DNA of 64,000 bases from Hemiscyllium ocellatum (lineage: Eukaryota): assembly GCF_020745735.1 (NCBI RefSeq), contig NC_083409.1, positions 17,938,341 to 18,002,340 of the forward strand, in the 5' to 3' direction. A program made the position numbers and the translations under genes. Below, piece by piece: positions 10,775 to 24,429 of the stretch (position 1 is its first letter; each line of letters starts with the position of its first letter). Below the pieces are notes generated by a model. That model did no database searches. It saw only the letters and a list, made by a program, of their open reading frames with translations, and was not told where the DNA came from.

Positions 10775-11815
10775 TGTAGACATTTTGTCCCCTGTCTCAG
10801 TGACACCTTCAGAGCTTTGGAGCTTCCTGTGAAGCGCTGTTGTGCTTTGTCTTCTGGAATTTATTTGGTTCCATCCCTGCTGTTTCCGGTTGCTGGTTTG
10901 GGAATGTTCATTTCAGTGGTCGGTATACTGGGTCTAGGTCAATGTGTTTATTGATGAAGCCCATGGCTCCAGAAATTCTCTGGCTGCCCTCTGTTGAGCT
11001 TGTCCTATGATCATAGTGTTGTCCCAATCAAATTTGTGGTCCTTGCCATCTGTGTGTATAACTACCAGGGACAGCTGCTCATGGGGTTTAGTGGCTCGTT
11101 GGTGTTCATGGATGTGGATGGCTAGTTGTCTGGCTGTGTGTTTCATGTAGGCTTTGCATGGAATCTTGTAAACTACATTTGTCTTTCACATGATTGGTTT
11201 TGGGTCTTTTGTTCTCACGCGTTGTTGTCTGAGCGTGGCTGGCAGATTCTGGACAGTTTATGAGTGATTAGATTCCCTACAGTATGGAAACAGGGCCTCC
11301 AGCCCAACAAGTCCACACCGACCCTCCAAAGATAACCCACCCAGACCCAGTCCCCTAACCAATACTGACCTCAACTAATGCACCTAGCACTAGGGGCAAT
11401 TTAGCATGGCCAATTCACCTGACCTGTACACAGACAGTTGCCCGATGTGGGAATTGAAATCCGTACCCTGCCACTGTGAGGCAACAGTGTTAACCACTGA
11501 CGCACTGCTCCATGGTTAGTCAAGTCTGGCTGTCAGTTCTGTGGCGTTTGTTTATATACGGTAGCATGGCTAGGAGTTAGGTTGTCGCACGTCCTCATCG
11601 TGTTGTTTGTCTGTTAGATATCTGCGGATGAAGTTGCAGGAAAATCCGTTCTTGGTGAAGACTTTGTAGAAGTGTTCTTCTCTTCGGAGGTCGGGAGTGC
11701 TGCAGTGTGTTGTAGCCCTATTGAACAGGGGCCTAATGCAGCTTCTCCTGTGTGTGTTTGGGTGGTTGCTGTTGTAGTTCAGGGTCTGGCTTTTCTGTCC
11801 ACTTTTGTTGTGCAT
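10775..11815 (-). mobile_element. Second PLE family, RT thumb and GIY-YIG tail, split by a SINE at ~11270-11505
   Basis: HPNTHRRSCIRPLFNRATTHCSTP...VFTKNGF (11570-11815) and RQLAIHIHEHQ.ATK.H..LSLV..H...H.FDWDNT.IIGQA.QR.AREFLE (10934-11146). Confidence 0.75.
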
Positions 11816-14800
11816 TCACCATTCTGTGATGGATGAGAATGTGGCATTGGAAGCAAAATCACAACAGCCATGGTCCTATTGTTTGTTCGAGAAGTCTCGA
11901 AGGATTGAATGGCCTAATTCAGCCTCTAATTTGTAAGTTCAAAACAATTGAATGGTCTTTTCTCTGTACCCACTCATACACACTCTCTGCGTGAAAGATT
12001 TCTTCAACACTTCACCTTTCCTCATTCGTGTCTTAACCCTGAGCTCTCATTGTTGCTGGGAAATTTGAGAAACTGGTATATTCACTTGCTCATTCATTCC
12101 CTTCTCAGCCTCTCTTTATCTCCTAAAACTCCACTCAACACCAATCTGCTGGGTCAGGAGCAAGGCTCTCAGCTTAATGGATAAAGGAACCTTTTCTAGC
12201 ACCAAGCTGGTGACAGTCAGCTGGAGAATAATGTTCCATTGCACATGCCTTCTTCAAAAACCAAGGTGTTCAGCTATTCTGTACATCCACGTTCACTCCT
12301 GAAGGGATCTGGCAGAGAGGAAGAGTCAGTGCAGCCATTGTGCAGCATCCAGTGTCGAGTTGTCCCATTTCCAATCCCACTGCAATGTCATTGTCTGCCC
12401 TGACATCAAGCAGGTGCTCCCATCTCAAGAGGCTCATGGCCCTGAGGATTGTGAGAGTAAGCCCTGTCCATTCAGCTCGATTATCAAGCTTCAGCCTTCC
12501 TGATGTGGTGGCAGCCAGGAGAACCCTGTCCATGGGAGATTCCACACACACTCCCTCCCTCCCTCCCTGCAGGGAAAAATGATTCCATGGCCCTGATTTC
12601 TCTCCAACTGATCTGAATTTGAGTGTTGCTGAAAAAAGAAACATTTTGTCAAAGCTTTTGTCTTGCACACATCAGGGCAATTTGCAAGAAATAGCACAGC
12701 AAAGGCAAACACCATGTAGACTGGAGACCCCAGCGGGTCAGGCATCATCCATGGAGAGAAAGCAAGGCAAAATGAAATGTTTTCATAAGAAGGACTTTCT
12801 CTCACTCAAGTTCCAGATTCTCAAATGACTGTTTGATCCTGATTTCCTCTTTTGGTTTAGACCTGTTGAAATTCTAAAAATAATTCTCTCTTTTTTAAAA
12901 TGGAGTACTCCATTTATACATCATTCATCATTGAATTCCAATAACTGCATCAAAATATTTTTCCTGATTTCCTTTCTGTACTTGGTATATGACTGGAGAA
13001 TGTATCATTTTGCTGCTCAGATTGCATGCTCTGATGGTTAACATATATTTTTTGTGTTTCTTTATTTAAGAATTTTTGAACACCAGAATACCCCCTCTCC
13101 ACTGTCGAGATCCTGTTCTGGCCTTCATAGAATCATAGAATCATAGAATTGAGGAATCCCTTCAGTGTGGAAGCAGGCCACACAGCCCAGAAAGCTCATA
13201 CCGACCCTTTGAAGACCATCCCACCCAGACCCACACCTCCCCTACCCAATCCCTGTAACCCTGCGTTTTCCATGGCATTTTCCATTTGCTAGCCTGCACA
13301 TCTCTTGGACATAATGAGTAATTTAGCACGGCCAATCCCCCAACCTACACATCTTCTCTCAGTTTTGCAAATGAAACATCAGTTTTGATTTTTACGCTTT
13401 GGGCTAGATTTAGTACAGTTGGAAACATGACTCTAGGCAAACTTAATCATTCCAGTGGCCCATTTCAATGCCCCCAATGGCAGCAAATCTCTCCCAATGA
13501 ATATCAGGATAGAAAGAGTGAACTGGAATTCTCAGCCACCATCAGACGATATCAACTTGACTGAGGAACAAATTGACCCCTAAATTCCTGAATCTATCCT
13601 GATTTACTGGCAGCTCAGGGATTAAATCAGCTTGGCTTTCCCACAATTTGTCCAATTAATGGACCGAGCTTCAGATGATGTCCTCATGTTAAACTGCAAC
13701 CTCTCTCATGACCCACACCTGCCTTTAGTTGCATTTGATCTGGGATTCCATAATAAGCCAAGGTCTCTAGTGATAGCCCTGACTCCAACAAGCATTGTTC
13801 TGCTCACTTCCAACTGGGGACCTCCCCAGGAACCAGAAGCAGCTCCCCAGCAGTCCTGTCACTGATGGGTGAGATCGTTGTTGACCCACCTTAGAGTGGA
13901 CTGAAGCCAAACCTTTCTGACTCCATGGAAGGAGTTCTATCAACTGAACCAAGGCTGATACTTTAAAAAAAAATTATAAAATCTGTCAATAATTCATACT
14001 GTATGTGTGCAAGGTCAGAGTTTCGAGGTTTTAACGTGTACATTTGGAATGTAATGAAACGTTACTATGGAGAAAGTTGCTGCTTGACAAGAACAGCCAA
14101 CTCTGCCCAAAACGTCACCGCAATAATTAGTCCATCACCATCCAGTTGAATGCTTTCTAGCATTACTTTCCCTTTATTATTCCTCTTTTTCAGATTATTA
14201 AATACCTTTTAAATTAGTACACACATGGGAACACCACCACCTGCAGGGTTTTCCCCAAACAGTTCATCGTCCTGACTAAGAAATATATCCCTGTTCCTTC
14301 ACTGTCACTGGGTTGTTATCAGGGAATTCTCTCCCTCAGGGCATTCTGGGTCTACCAACAGCACATGGCTGCAGCGGGTTCAGGAACGCAGCTCCTCACC
14401 ACGTTCAAAGAAAATGAGGGACAGGCAGGAAATGCTGCCAGCCAGCAGCGCCCATGTCCCACCAGAGAATAAAACATGGATAGGTTTTGTTTAACAGCCT
14501 GTGGCAGAAAATTGCAAATTCTTACCACCTTCTGTGTAAAGAAATCTACATCCCAAAATAAAACCTTGTGACCCTGGATCCCCTGTCCCTGTCCATTATG
14601 TATTTCCTCATCTAACCCCTTTCCAAAACACTCTCTCCATCTTGCTTTGCTCCTTATTGACTCTTCTACAATTGTCCCTGTTCCCTCACTCCGTCCGATC
14701 CCAGAGGGATTGATGGCCGGAGTTCATGACCCCGCACTGTGTGTAGGTTGGTGTGAAGTGAAGCCAGTGTGTTGGAGCTTGGGCTCCTGCCTCAGGCCCA

Positions 14801-15684
14801 GGTGTAGGGGCCTGTTCAACAATCTGCACATTGTCCTTTTTCTCTTTCTGACCGTACTGGAGTTTTCAAGCTGCAGTAACTTGCTGAAAACAAGGTGTCT
14901 TTGCTAAAATGTTCCCAGCACTGGACAGATTTCTGCTGTTGATTTTTTTTCTCTCTCTGGAGTCAGCTCTGTATTCAGTGCCTGTTATCATTTTGTTAGA
15001 GTTCATATGTCAGCTGCTGCTTCCTTGCTATGGACTTGGAAAAAAAATCATCAATGCCTCTTGAGATTTAAATCATTTAACATTCCAATGATGTGAATGC
15101 ATCAGTGTTGCTTATGCAGGAAGCATTTAACATCATGGTTTTAGCTTTTAATGTATCCTCTCTCGAGATAATACAGTTTGCAATGTTTCTCTCCCCTTAT
15201 GTGTTATTCAGATGCTTGCAAACCTGTTATGATGAGGACAGTGCGTCTTCAACACTGTGTGATGGAGTGGATGGGTGTTTGATTTCTCATCTCATTATCA
15301 TCCAGTTTTCAAAGAAAATGCTGTAGTCTTTGAAATGGGATTATCTATAATGTGTTTGGATTTTATTTTTGCAATGCCAATTTTCATAAACAATATCCTG
15401 TTCCATTTTGTAGTTATGTTTGTCAATGAATGTTCGCTGAGATACTGAGAGTTTATACAACACGCCATTTCCCTGTGGCCCAGTTGTTGGCTGAAGCCTC
15501 TGGTTGTTCGGTGAGTCCAAGCCATTGCCTTGCTCTCTGCAGTTATACCATCAACTTGGTGTCTCAGTGTGAGCCAGGAAACCACTGCATGGTGACTGTT
15601 GAGGTTAATCCCATCATGAACATCAGAACATTCTGCTCAGCTGGAACTACACTCACTGACTAATTTCTCTGGCCACCATCGCAG

Positions 15685-15920
15685 TAAAACCAAATCTCTC
15701 CCTTTGTCAGCACAAAGAGAAAGTGTCCGTCAGATTCCCTCGTGTGTGATGGTTTAGCCCAATAGGAGCAGCACTGGTAGACCATGTTGCATCAGCCTGG
15801 ACAGAAACCTGGGCAACCTCCAAATGAAAATGTGATCTTCAATGGATCTGCTGCTACAGGAAATATGCAATTGGAATCCTTGTTAACGAATCACCTCATC
15901 AAACCTAAACACAACTGAGA
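15685..15920 (+). pseudogene. Highly degenerate Ig V-type relic (paralogue of 60720-60957)
   Basis: Pyrimidine-rich ...CGCAG acceptor at 15684, then GQKPGQPP and FNGS motifs across disrupted frames. Confidence 0.4.
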
Positions 15921-17214
15921 AAATATAAACCAAACCAATTTCCCAAGGTCACAACACAACAAGAAAGTGGGGAACAGACTGATGCTCCCTGGCTTTAATG
16001 AGCATTGCTTTTCCTATCCTCTCTCTGTCTCTGGGTTAAAATTTTTACATCCTTTCTGTGTGAGAATATTACTGTTCCTGTCCCCACTCTCTTGGGGACA
16101 GGTGGGGATGTCACATCCACACAGTTCGTTCGTTCCATTTACTCTTCTGAAATGGGGAATCCCTGCTTCGCCATGTGTGTGAGCCATGAGTGAAAGTCCA
16201 GCACAGCTCACCCTTCATCTCAATCAGATCACTGGGCTCTAAGGTTGGTCAGTACTGTCTGGACCAGACAAAAGCACTGACTGACTGGAGACAATTCAGA
16301 TCAAGTCCCAATGAGACTGCTATTGACCTTCACCCTCAAAGCCCACTGAGGGTGTGGTCATTAGACCCAGTGTTGTCACAAAGTAAGTTCTCCCAGAGAT
16401 TCATGATCCATTCTAGATTTTACACAAGTGTGCGATGTTGTTGGATGACGGGTGGGAAGGCTTGGAGACAAAACATAAAAAGAGAGAGTATTATATTTCT
16501 ATGATAGCGTTTTTGATCTTGGATGTTGGAAAATGTTTTACAGCCAATTCAATACTTCCAAAGTCCAGGCATTGTTGTGATGTGGGAATTGTGACAGCCT
16601 GGGCAAGGCAGATCGTATGGCAGCACCACCCAGAGACTGGAGGCTGCTACTGCAGGCAGGGGGCCAACCAGTTCTGCTGTGAGGGAAGGACACTGGAGCA
16701 CACAAGAACATGAGAAATTGAAGCAGGAGTAGGACTCCAATGGCTGTCCATCCTTTCTTAAATACAGGGACCAAAATTGCACACAATACCTCAAATGCAG
16801 GCTCACTAACACCCTGTAAAGTTTCAACAAGATTTCTCTACTTTTAAATTCCAACCCCAGACAATAAAGGTGAAAATTCCATTCACCTTCTCAATTCCTT
16901 GCTGCACCTGCACTAACTTTCAATGTTTCATGCACAATACTACCCAGATCACTCTGTACTGCACTTTTTTGGAATATCTCACTATTTAAATAATAGTCAG
17001 CCTTTCGATTATTCCGAACAAAGTGCATGGTCTCACACTTTCTGATATTAAATTCCGTCCACTGTGTATGAGTGTTTCATTTTCAGTTTGGTCACCTCTT
17101 TGTGATTGACTGTCTCAATACATTATCTGTAGTGTGTCCCATTCCCATTTGTTGATGGCCCTGACACTTGATTGTCCAGCCCGTTCCTGCTGGTTCCATT
17201 CAATGACAGGCAGG

Positions 17215-19660
17215 AGGTTGGAGGAACACAGCAAGTCAGGAAGCATCAGGCGGTGAAGAAGTTGATGTTTTGGGTGTAACCCTTCTTCAGGAATGGCGGT
17301 GAGTGTAGGCGGAGCTGCAGATAAAGGGGGTGGTGGGGCAGGGTGGAGAATGGGGATACATGAAGACAGGCAGATGACACGACCTGGTTCGTTAATGGAA
17401 GGAATGAATCTGTTTGGTGGCAGAGAGGAGTGGAAGAGATGGGAGGGGCTGGGGAGGGAGTGCGGGGATGGGAAGGGAAGGTGTTTGAAATTGGAGAACT
17501 CAGTGTTGAATCCTCTGAGCTATAGGGTGCCCAGGCGGAAGATGAGGTATTGTCCCTCCAATTTGCGATTTGGTTCATTGTGGCAATGGAGGAAGCCAAA
17601 GATGATCATGGTAGAAAGGGAGTGGGAAGGGGAATTAAAATAGGTGGTGACTGGGAGATCTGGTCGGCCCCTACAGGCCCAGCTGAGATGCACGACCAAC
17701 CGCTGCCTAAGTTTATGTTTGGTCTTCCTGCTGTAGAGAAGACCACATCGCCGTCACCTGATGCAGTAAACTAGGTTGGAGGAGAGGCAAGTGAACCTCT
17801 GTCTCACCTGGAAGGACTGTTTGGGGTCCTGGATGGAGGTGCTGGGGTTGGTGTACCAGCAGGCTTTGCATCATTTCCGTTTGCAGGGGAAGGTACCGGG
17901 GGTTCAGGAGAGATGGTGGAGAGAGTGTTGCAAACTAAGAATTGTCAAAGGGAACAGTCCTTGTGGAAGGCAGACAGGGGTAGGGTGAGGAAGACATTCT
18001 TGGTGGTGGGGTCTTGTTGGGGTTGGCGGAATAGGATGATGGGTTGGATACAGAGATTGGTTTGGGTGATAGGTGAGGGCAATGGGGTCTTTGTCTTTAT
18101 TGTGTTTGGAGGGGTGGGTTTAGAGCAGTGGAACAGGAAATGGAGGTGGTGCGATGGATGACAGAGGGAGCAAAAGCATGTTGTTCGAAATAGGTGGTCA
18201 TCTAGAATACTTGGGAGTGGAATGTCTCCTCATTCGAGCAGATAGAGCAGAGGCGGAGGAATTGGAAGAATGGGATGGAGAAAGTATAGTCCGTGTAATA
18301 ATGGGAGTCTGTGAGTTTGCAGTAAATGTCTATCTGAACACGGTCACTGGAGATGGGAATGGAGAGGTCAATAAAGGGGAGGGAGGTGTCTAAGGTGGAC
18401 CAAGTGAATTTGAGGGTAGGGTGGAAGTTGTGGGCGAAGACGATGAACTGCTCCAGTTCAGCCTGGGTGCAGGTCACTGCACCAACGCAGTCATCGATGT
18501 AATGGTAGCAAAGCTGGGGCACAGTGCCTGTGTAGGCACTGAAGAGGGACTGTTCAGCATAGCCAATAAAGGGGCAGGGGGAGCTGGGGCCCATCCAGGT
18601 ACTCATAGCCACCCCTGGATTTAGAGGAACTGGGAGAGTTAAAGGAAAAGTTGTTGAGGGTGAGGACCAGTTCGGCCAGATGGAGGAGGGTATTGGTGGA
18701 GGGGGAGTGGATGGATCTGTTGGAGAGAAAAAAGCAGAGGGCCAGGAGGCTGATCTTGTTGGGTATGGACGTATATAAGGACTGTCCATAGTGAAGGTAA
18801 AGTGCTGGTGGCCTGGGAACTGAAGGTTACTGAAGAGATGGAGGGCATGGTTGGTGTCACAGATGTAGGTGGGAAATGCCTGAACCAAGGAGGAGAGGAT
18901 GGAGTTGAGGTAGGATGAGAGGAGTTCGGTGGGGCAGGAGCATGTTGAGATGATGGGTCGGCCAGTGTAGTTGGGTTTGTGGATCTTGGGAGCAGGTAGA
19001 ACTGGGCAGTGCAGGGCTGGGGGACTATGAGATTGGAGACAGTGGAGGGGAGATCACTGGAGGCAATGGGGGCACAGACAGTGTGAATGATTTTGGCCTG
19101 ATGGGTCACGGTGGGGTCATGGGCAAGGGGAGGTAGAACGTGGTGTCAGAGAGTTGGGGTTCGGCCTCTGCGACATAGAGGTCCGTTCCCCAGACTACCA
19201 CCTTTGTCAGTGGGTTTGATGGTGAACCGGGGGTGGTACGGAGACAGTGGAATGCTGCATGTTTGGAGGAGGGGTGATTGGAGAGGGTGAGGGTGGTGGA
19301 GAAATTGAGGCGGCTGATGTCACATCAGTGGTCAGCAATGAAGAGCTCTAGGGTGTGTACACAGCTGGTGGTGGGAGGGTTGGGGGGTGACCAAGTGGAG
19401 GAGGAAGGTTGAAGGTGGGAGGAGGGGTCCTCAGAGGGAGTTTGGGAGTTTTTGTTAAAGAAGAAGACACGGAGGTAGAGGCGGCGGAAGAAGAGCTCCA
19501 CGTCCTGGTGGGTGCGGGGTTTTTTGAAGTTGGGAACAAATGTGAGCCCTTTTCTCAGGATGGACCTTTTGGACTCAGAGTTCGAGGTCGTGGGGGGATA
19601 GTAAATAAGGGGCAAGCTCAGGGTGGGGGACGAGGTTTTCAGGGGGTCCGAGATGGCTGA
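17215..19660 (-). mobile_element. Long degenerate Penelope-like element (RT + GIY-YIG) with terminal hammerhead motif at 17261-17294
   Basis: ILRKGLTFVP (N-terminal), GVAM..WMGPS, YIDDCVG, FHPTLKFTWS, LPFIDLSI, DIYCKLTDSH.Y (PLE RT). Terminal ATTC-CTGAAGA-A-GGGT TAC ACCC-AAAAC. Confidence 0.85.
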
Positions 19661-21665
19661 AGGAGGGGAGGGGGCAAGGGTGATGGGAATGGGAGAGAAT
19701 GGGTGTGGGAGAGAAAGGAGATTGGAGTGGAGGTGGGTTGTGGAGTGAGGTGTGGGAGTGGGAAGGTGGGGATGTGGTGAAGAGGGAGAAGTGGAGGGAT
19801 AGGGTGCACTGTGGGGGTGGATGGGTGAGGAGGGAGAGCGAGTGTGCTGGCTGGCTGCAGGTAGGCAGTTGGACTCAGGGTGACTCTGGGAAATGCAGTC
19901 TAAGTCTTGGTTGCAGAGTGGGAGGGGCCAGAAGTGGAGGCAGAGGTTGGAGCGAAGTCAAGCTGGATTGGGTGTTTTGACTCAGGTTCAATTCCAGCCT
20001 CAGGCAACTGTCTGTGTGGAGTCTGCACATTCTCCAAGTGTCTATGTAGGTTTCCTCTGGGTGCTCTGGTTTCCTCCCACAATCTAAAGACGTGCAGGTT
20101 AGGTGAATTGGCCATGCTAAGTTACCCCTAGTGGTCAGGGATGTGTAGGTTAGGCTCATTAGTCAGGAGAAAAGCAGAGTAATAAGACAGGGGATTGGGT
20201 CTTGGGTAGGTTACTCTTCCAAGGGTCAGTGTGGACATGTTGGGCCAAGTGGCCTGTTTCCTCACTGTAGGGATTTTATGACAGTCCATTCCGGATTCCC
20301 GCCACCTGTTGAGTGAAAAAATTCTTCACCAAATCTTATTTGCAGTGTCCATAATGAAATCTTTCAAACCATTCATTTTGTTTAATGTCATTTTGCTCTT
20401 GAGCTCCTTGTTCAATAAATGTTTTATTCTTTTTGATGAAATATGAGCTCTCTGACAGGGACAGTTAACTTTCTCCAATCAGGAGCCCTGGCTGACAGAT
20501 AAACAGAGGAGTGCCAGAAGGACTGACACTCTGGACCTGACTCTGAATAACAACCTGCCAACCAACTTGCACCCCCCCCTCCCACTTCTGTCACCCTCAA
20601 TCTCCCCATGCTTACTCTTGTTTCACCTTCGATCCAGCCTGTGCTGCCTTTGGGAGAGGTTGGCCTTCCCTCCATCACCCAGGAACGTGGTCATTATCCC
20701 AGAGCAGTCACACTTTTAACCTGAGGGTCATCACAGCTGGGGCAGGGGGAGAGAAGGTGGCACCTTCATGGTGGTCATACCTGTCATTAATCCACCGCAA
20801 CCTCTCTTGGGGCTGCAAGAATTCAACCTCCCTCCCTCAGACAGCTCCCCTCCCTGGAAGGTAATATTGCTGCACCTTGTTTGGGTTAATAAACCACTGA
20901 AATATGACTATAGGGAGCCAGCATTGGCTGGGCAGGCAGCCACGATTGACCCTGGATTCAGAAAGTCCCCTTGTAATTGGGCAACACATTAGGGAGCACA
21001 GTCTAGATTAGAGTAGTGCTGGAAAAGCACAGCAGGTCAGGCAGCATCTGAGGAGCAGGAAAATCGACATTTCTGCATTAGGGAATACAGTGCCCACTGC
21101 CTCTGAAATCCCTCCCTTACTGAGAATACACTCTCAGTATTCACCTTTCTCAGCTGCCATCTGAATTTATAATAAATTCTGTGTCCAATGACCCTGCCCC
21201 TCCAGCTACCTGATGAAGAAGCAGTGCTCTGAACGCTTCTACTTTCAAATAAACCTGTTTGACTATCACCTGGTGTTGTGTGTTTTTTTAACTTTGGCCA
21301 TCTGAATGAGCTGCCATCTCAGACTGAATCAGCAGAACTGTTTTCCATTCATGATTTGAGAAGATTAAAGCCTGATCTTCAATCCCCAGCACAAAGCCCA
21401 TCCTCAATCCAACGCTCAGAGACACATACCTCAGAGAGACACCTACAGGCAGCACAGAGTAACACACTCACTCTGTGAGACAGGTAGCACTGAGGAACAT
21501 GATCACACTCCATGCTGTAGATAGGTGTCTCCGAATGTGGGTCGTTACTGAACGCTGCCTGTAGGTGTCTCTCTGAGTAACAAATCCACACTGAGAGAGA
21601 CCCCTCCAAGCAGCATTAAGTTAAACACTCGCCCTCAGAGAGGCACACATTCCAGATAGAGCTTT

Positions 21666-21700
21666 ATTCCTGATGAAGGGCTTTGCCCGAAACATCGATT
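21666..21700 (+). ncRNA. Minimal hammerhead ribozyme motif
   Basis: ATTC-CTGATGA-A-GGGC TTT GCCC-GAAAC-ATC-GATT. The ACGT palindrome has decayed to ACAT. Confidence 0.6.
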
Positions 21701-22111
21701 TTCCTGCTCCTCAGATGCTGCCTGACCTGCTGTGATTTTCCAGTACCACTCTAATCTAGAATCTGGTTTCCAGCATCTGCAGTCCTTGTTTTTACCTCAG
21801 AGAGACACAGCTGACAATGTCAGTGATTGGCCGAAGATTGTTTCAGCAGCTACCCAACATGCAGCAGAGATTGCACAGTGCGATCCCATCAGCTGGGCCT
21901 GGACCAACAGAGTGAAGAGGGAATGCATCAGATTGTACTTATTGAGTCCTAACAGCTGTCGGTTTCTGTTCTTTTTGGAATCTTGTAACCTACATAAATT
22001 CCTGATCAAAGGGATCATTTGAAAATGATTAATGATTGATGATTGTACCAGCCAATCTTGACAATGACCTGCTGAAATGCAGCCAATCAACTGGGGGGCG
22101 GGGAAGGTTAT

Positions 22112-24136
22112 CTATTTCCAAAGCATACACCAGACAGAGACTGAATCTTCACCTTTATTCCCTTTTCCACATTCACATTGACAGAAAAAAAACTGTAATT
22201 AACAGCCCAGACAGAGGAAGCTGCTCAAATTCACAGCCACAATGGAGTTTAAGGAAAACATTTGTGGAGAATTGCTCAATAACATGAGAATCCTGTCCCT
22301 TTAAACAGTGACAAAGCCTTAAATTGGAACTGGCGGCTGAGCAGGAAGGAGATCTGGTTTATTGAAGCAGAGAATTCTGAGGTTCACATTGTTTTGTACA
22401 GCTGACAGTCTTCAGCAACTTCAAGAGGTTTTACTTGGCATCACAAGTCAACCCTGTCCCCATCAAACACTCCCAGAACAGGGACAGCATGGGGTTTGAC
22501 ACAGCATAAAGCTCCCTCGACACTGTCACAATGATCTGCTTTAACATCCAAACCTCAGAAGGTTCCCTGAGCAGTCCTGAGAAGGAAGAGAGTTGAAATT
22601 CAGTGCTGACAATGACCTTTGTCCTGCCAGCTCAGCCCTGTTCTATTTAAAATTGTGTCTCCTCTGTGGACTGTCTCCAACACTCTACACACATTCTGAT
22701 CTCCTGATGCTCTTGCTGAGGGGAGAGGGGAGGGTCACGTGGGTGAGGGCACAGGAGAAGCGAGCGTCGGACTCCCAGTCAGACCCAGAGAGGGTCAGCA
22801 GGCTGCTGACACTGTAGGTGCTGTCCGAAGCTCGCAGGTAGTTGCTGGTCTGAACCCCGTCCGAAATGACTGCACCGTCTTTCTTCCACTGCACCTCCAG
22901 CTCATCGGGATAGAAGTGATTGGCAAGGCACACCAGGGTGGCAGTGTCCTTGGCATTAATCTGCTCAGGGGAGGGGGGCAGCAGGGTCAGCTTGGCTGAG
23001 AGTTGTCACGGACTGAAAGACAAAAGAAACAATTTTAATCCCTGACATTTGAAGGGAATTCAACCCTCACAATTTCACTGGCAATACGATCTTTTTGAAC
23101 ATTCTTAGTCAATACAGAATAAACCCAACAAATGAACAGACACTGTTCAAATTGCTTCTTGCGATCTGAGTGTCACTGACAGGGCCAGCATTCATTACCG
23201 TCCCTAGTTGCCCCTGAGAAGGTGATGGTGAAGCAGCAGAGAGAGAAGGGACAATTTTGGACCATCAGTTATGGAATGAATGTGGGCAGCTGGAAGGGCT
23301 ATCGATGGGGGAGCACTTTAGTGACAGCGATCAGAACTCAGTGAGATTGAGAGGAGGGATGGAAATGGAGAACCATGGAGCAAGTGTAAAAGTTTTCATT
23401 TTCCTAAACTGTGCGGTGCTTTGGTAAAAGTGGATCGGAACCAATGGCATGATGGGAAATCAGTGTCAGGGCAGTGGATCCCTCGAAGGATGAGACAGAC
23501 TGTTCCGAATCTGTTCCCACAATGAGTAAGGGTGGGACTCCCACATCTAGACCAAAGAAACAAGAGGATTGGGGTTCACGTACTGACATGGATTGGGAAC
23601 TGGTTGGCAGGCAGCACAGAAAGAATGAGTCTTTTTCTGAATGGCAGGTAATAACAACTTAGGGTGCCACAGGGTCAGCCCTTGGTACCCAGTTTTTCAT
23701 AATAAATAACAATAGAGTCATAGGGGCCCAAAAGACCCATCAGCCCATTGTGTCCATACTGGTCAAAAAACAACAACACAATAATTGTCATCCATTTTTC
23801 CAGCAAAAGGGAATTAGATGCAATGTGTATTTAAGAAGGAATTAGATAAATTCTTAGGATTAAAGGGATCAAAGAATGTGGGGAGAAAGTAGGAACAGGG
23901 GACTGTGTTGGATGAACTGCCATGATCATATTGAAGGGTGGAGCAGGCTTGAAGGCCCGAATGGCCTACTGCTGCTCCTGTGTTTGATGTTTCTATCTGT
24001 TTCTCAGATAATGAAGGAATGTCTCTCATCATGTTGAAGCTGGAAGTCAGATGGGTGTGGAGGTGGAAGATGTGGCCATGGTGATTAATGCAGGTCAGTA
24101 AGGTGTTCAGAAGACACATGGGAGAAACTGTTTTTT
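22112..24136 (-). repeat. Left arm of ~2-kb inverted duplication (partner 45186-47217)
   Basis: Reverse complement matches the intron, C exon and 3' UTR of the right arm. It ends at the N gap. Confidence 0.9.
22685..23012 (-). pseudogene. IGKC: Ig kappa constant exon, inverted, with 1-bp deletion
   Basis: Acceptor TTTGTCTTTCAG, then TC CGT GAC AAC TCT CAG CCA AGC TGA (CCC to CC frameshift). The downstream frame gives KLTLLPPSPEQINAKDTATLVCLANHFYPDELEVQWKKDG...RFSCALTHVTLPSPLSKSIRRSECV*. AATAAA at 22154-22159(-). Confidence 0.9.
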
Positions 24137-24149
24137 NNNNNNNNNNNNN
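24137..24149. other. Assembly gap (13 N)
   Basis: Run of n directly at the inner end of the left inverted arm. Confidence 1.
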
Positions 24150-24429
24150 AGAGAGAGAGAGAGCACTAAATGAGAGGGGGATAGAGCTTGGACAGAGAAA
24201 GAGGGATGGAACTCAGAGTGAGATCGAGGCAGCTGAGTGAGAGAGGGTGGGGAGAGAGAGTGAGAAAGTGAGATGGAGTCAAGGAGTTCTATGTCAAAGA
24301 TAAATTATACTTTGTAAAGATTGCACTGGATGAATTCTGACTCTCTTACTCTGAAACTCTACCCACAAAGCTGTCTAACTTTGTGTCCCATTAGCAAACT
24401 AGAGTATCTGACTTTCTATGCCATTATCC

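Noticed and set aside
12270-12668. 132-aa minus-strand ORF with an acceptor-like site and GLTLTI
   Set aside because: No Cys/Trp spacing of an Ig domain; I could not assign it.
13632-13865. NWGPPQEPEAAPQ as a V FR2 remnant
   Set aside because: Single weak motif with no corroborating framework.
23531-23545. kappa-B-like intronic enhancer site (GGGACTCCCA)
   Set aside because: Poor match to GGGRNWYYCC and lies within a LINE-derived segment.
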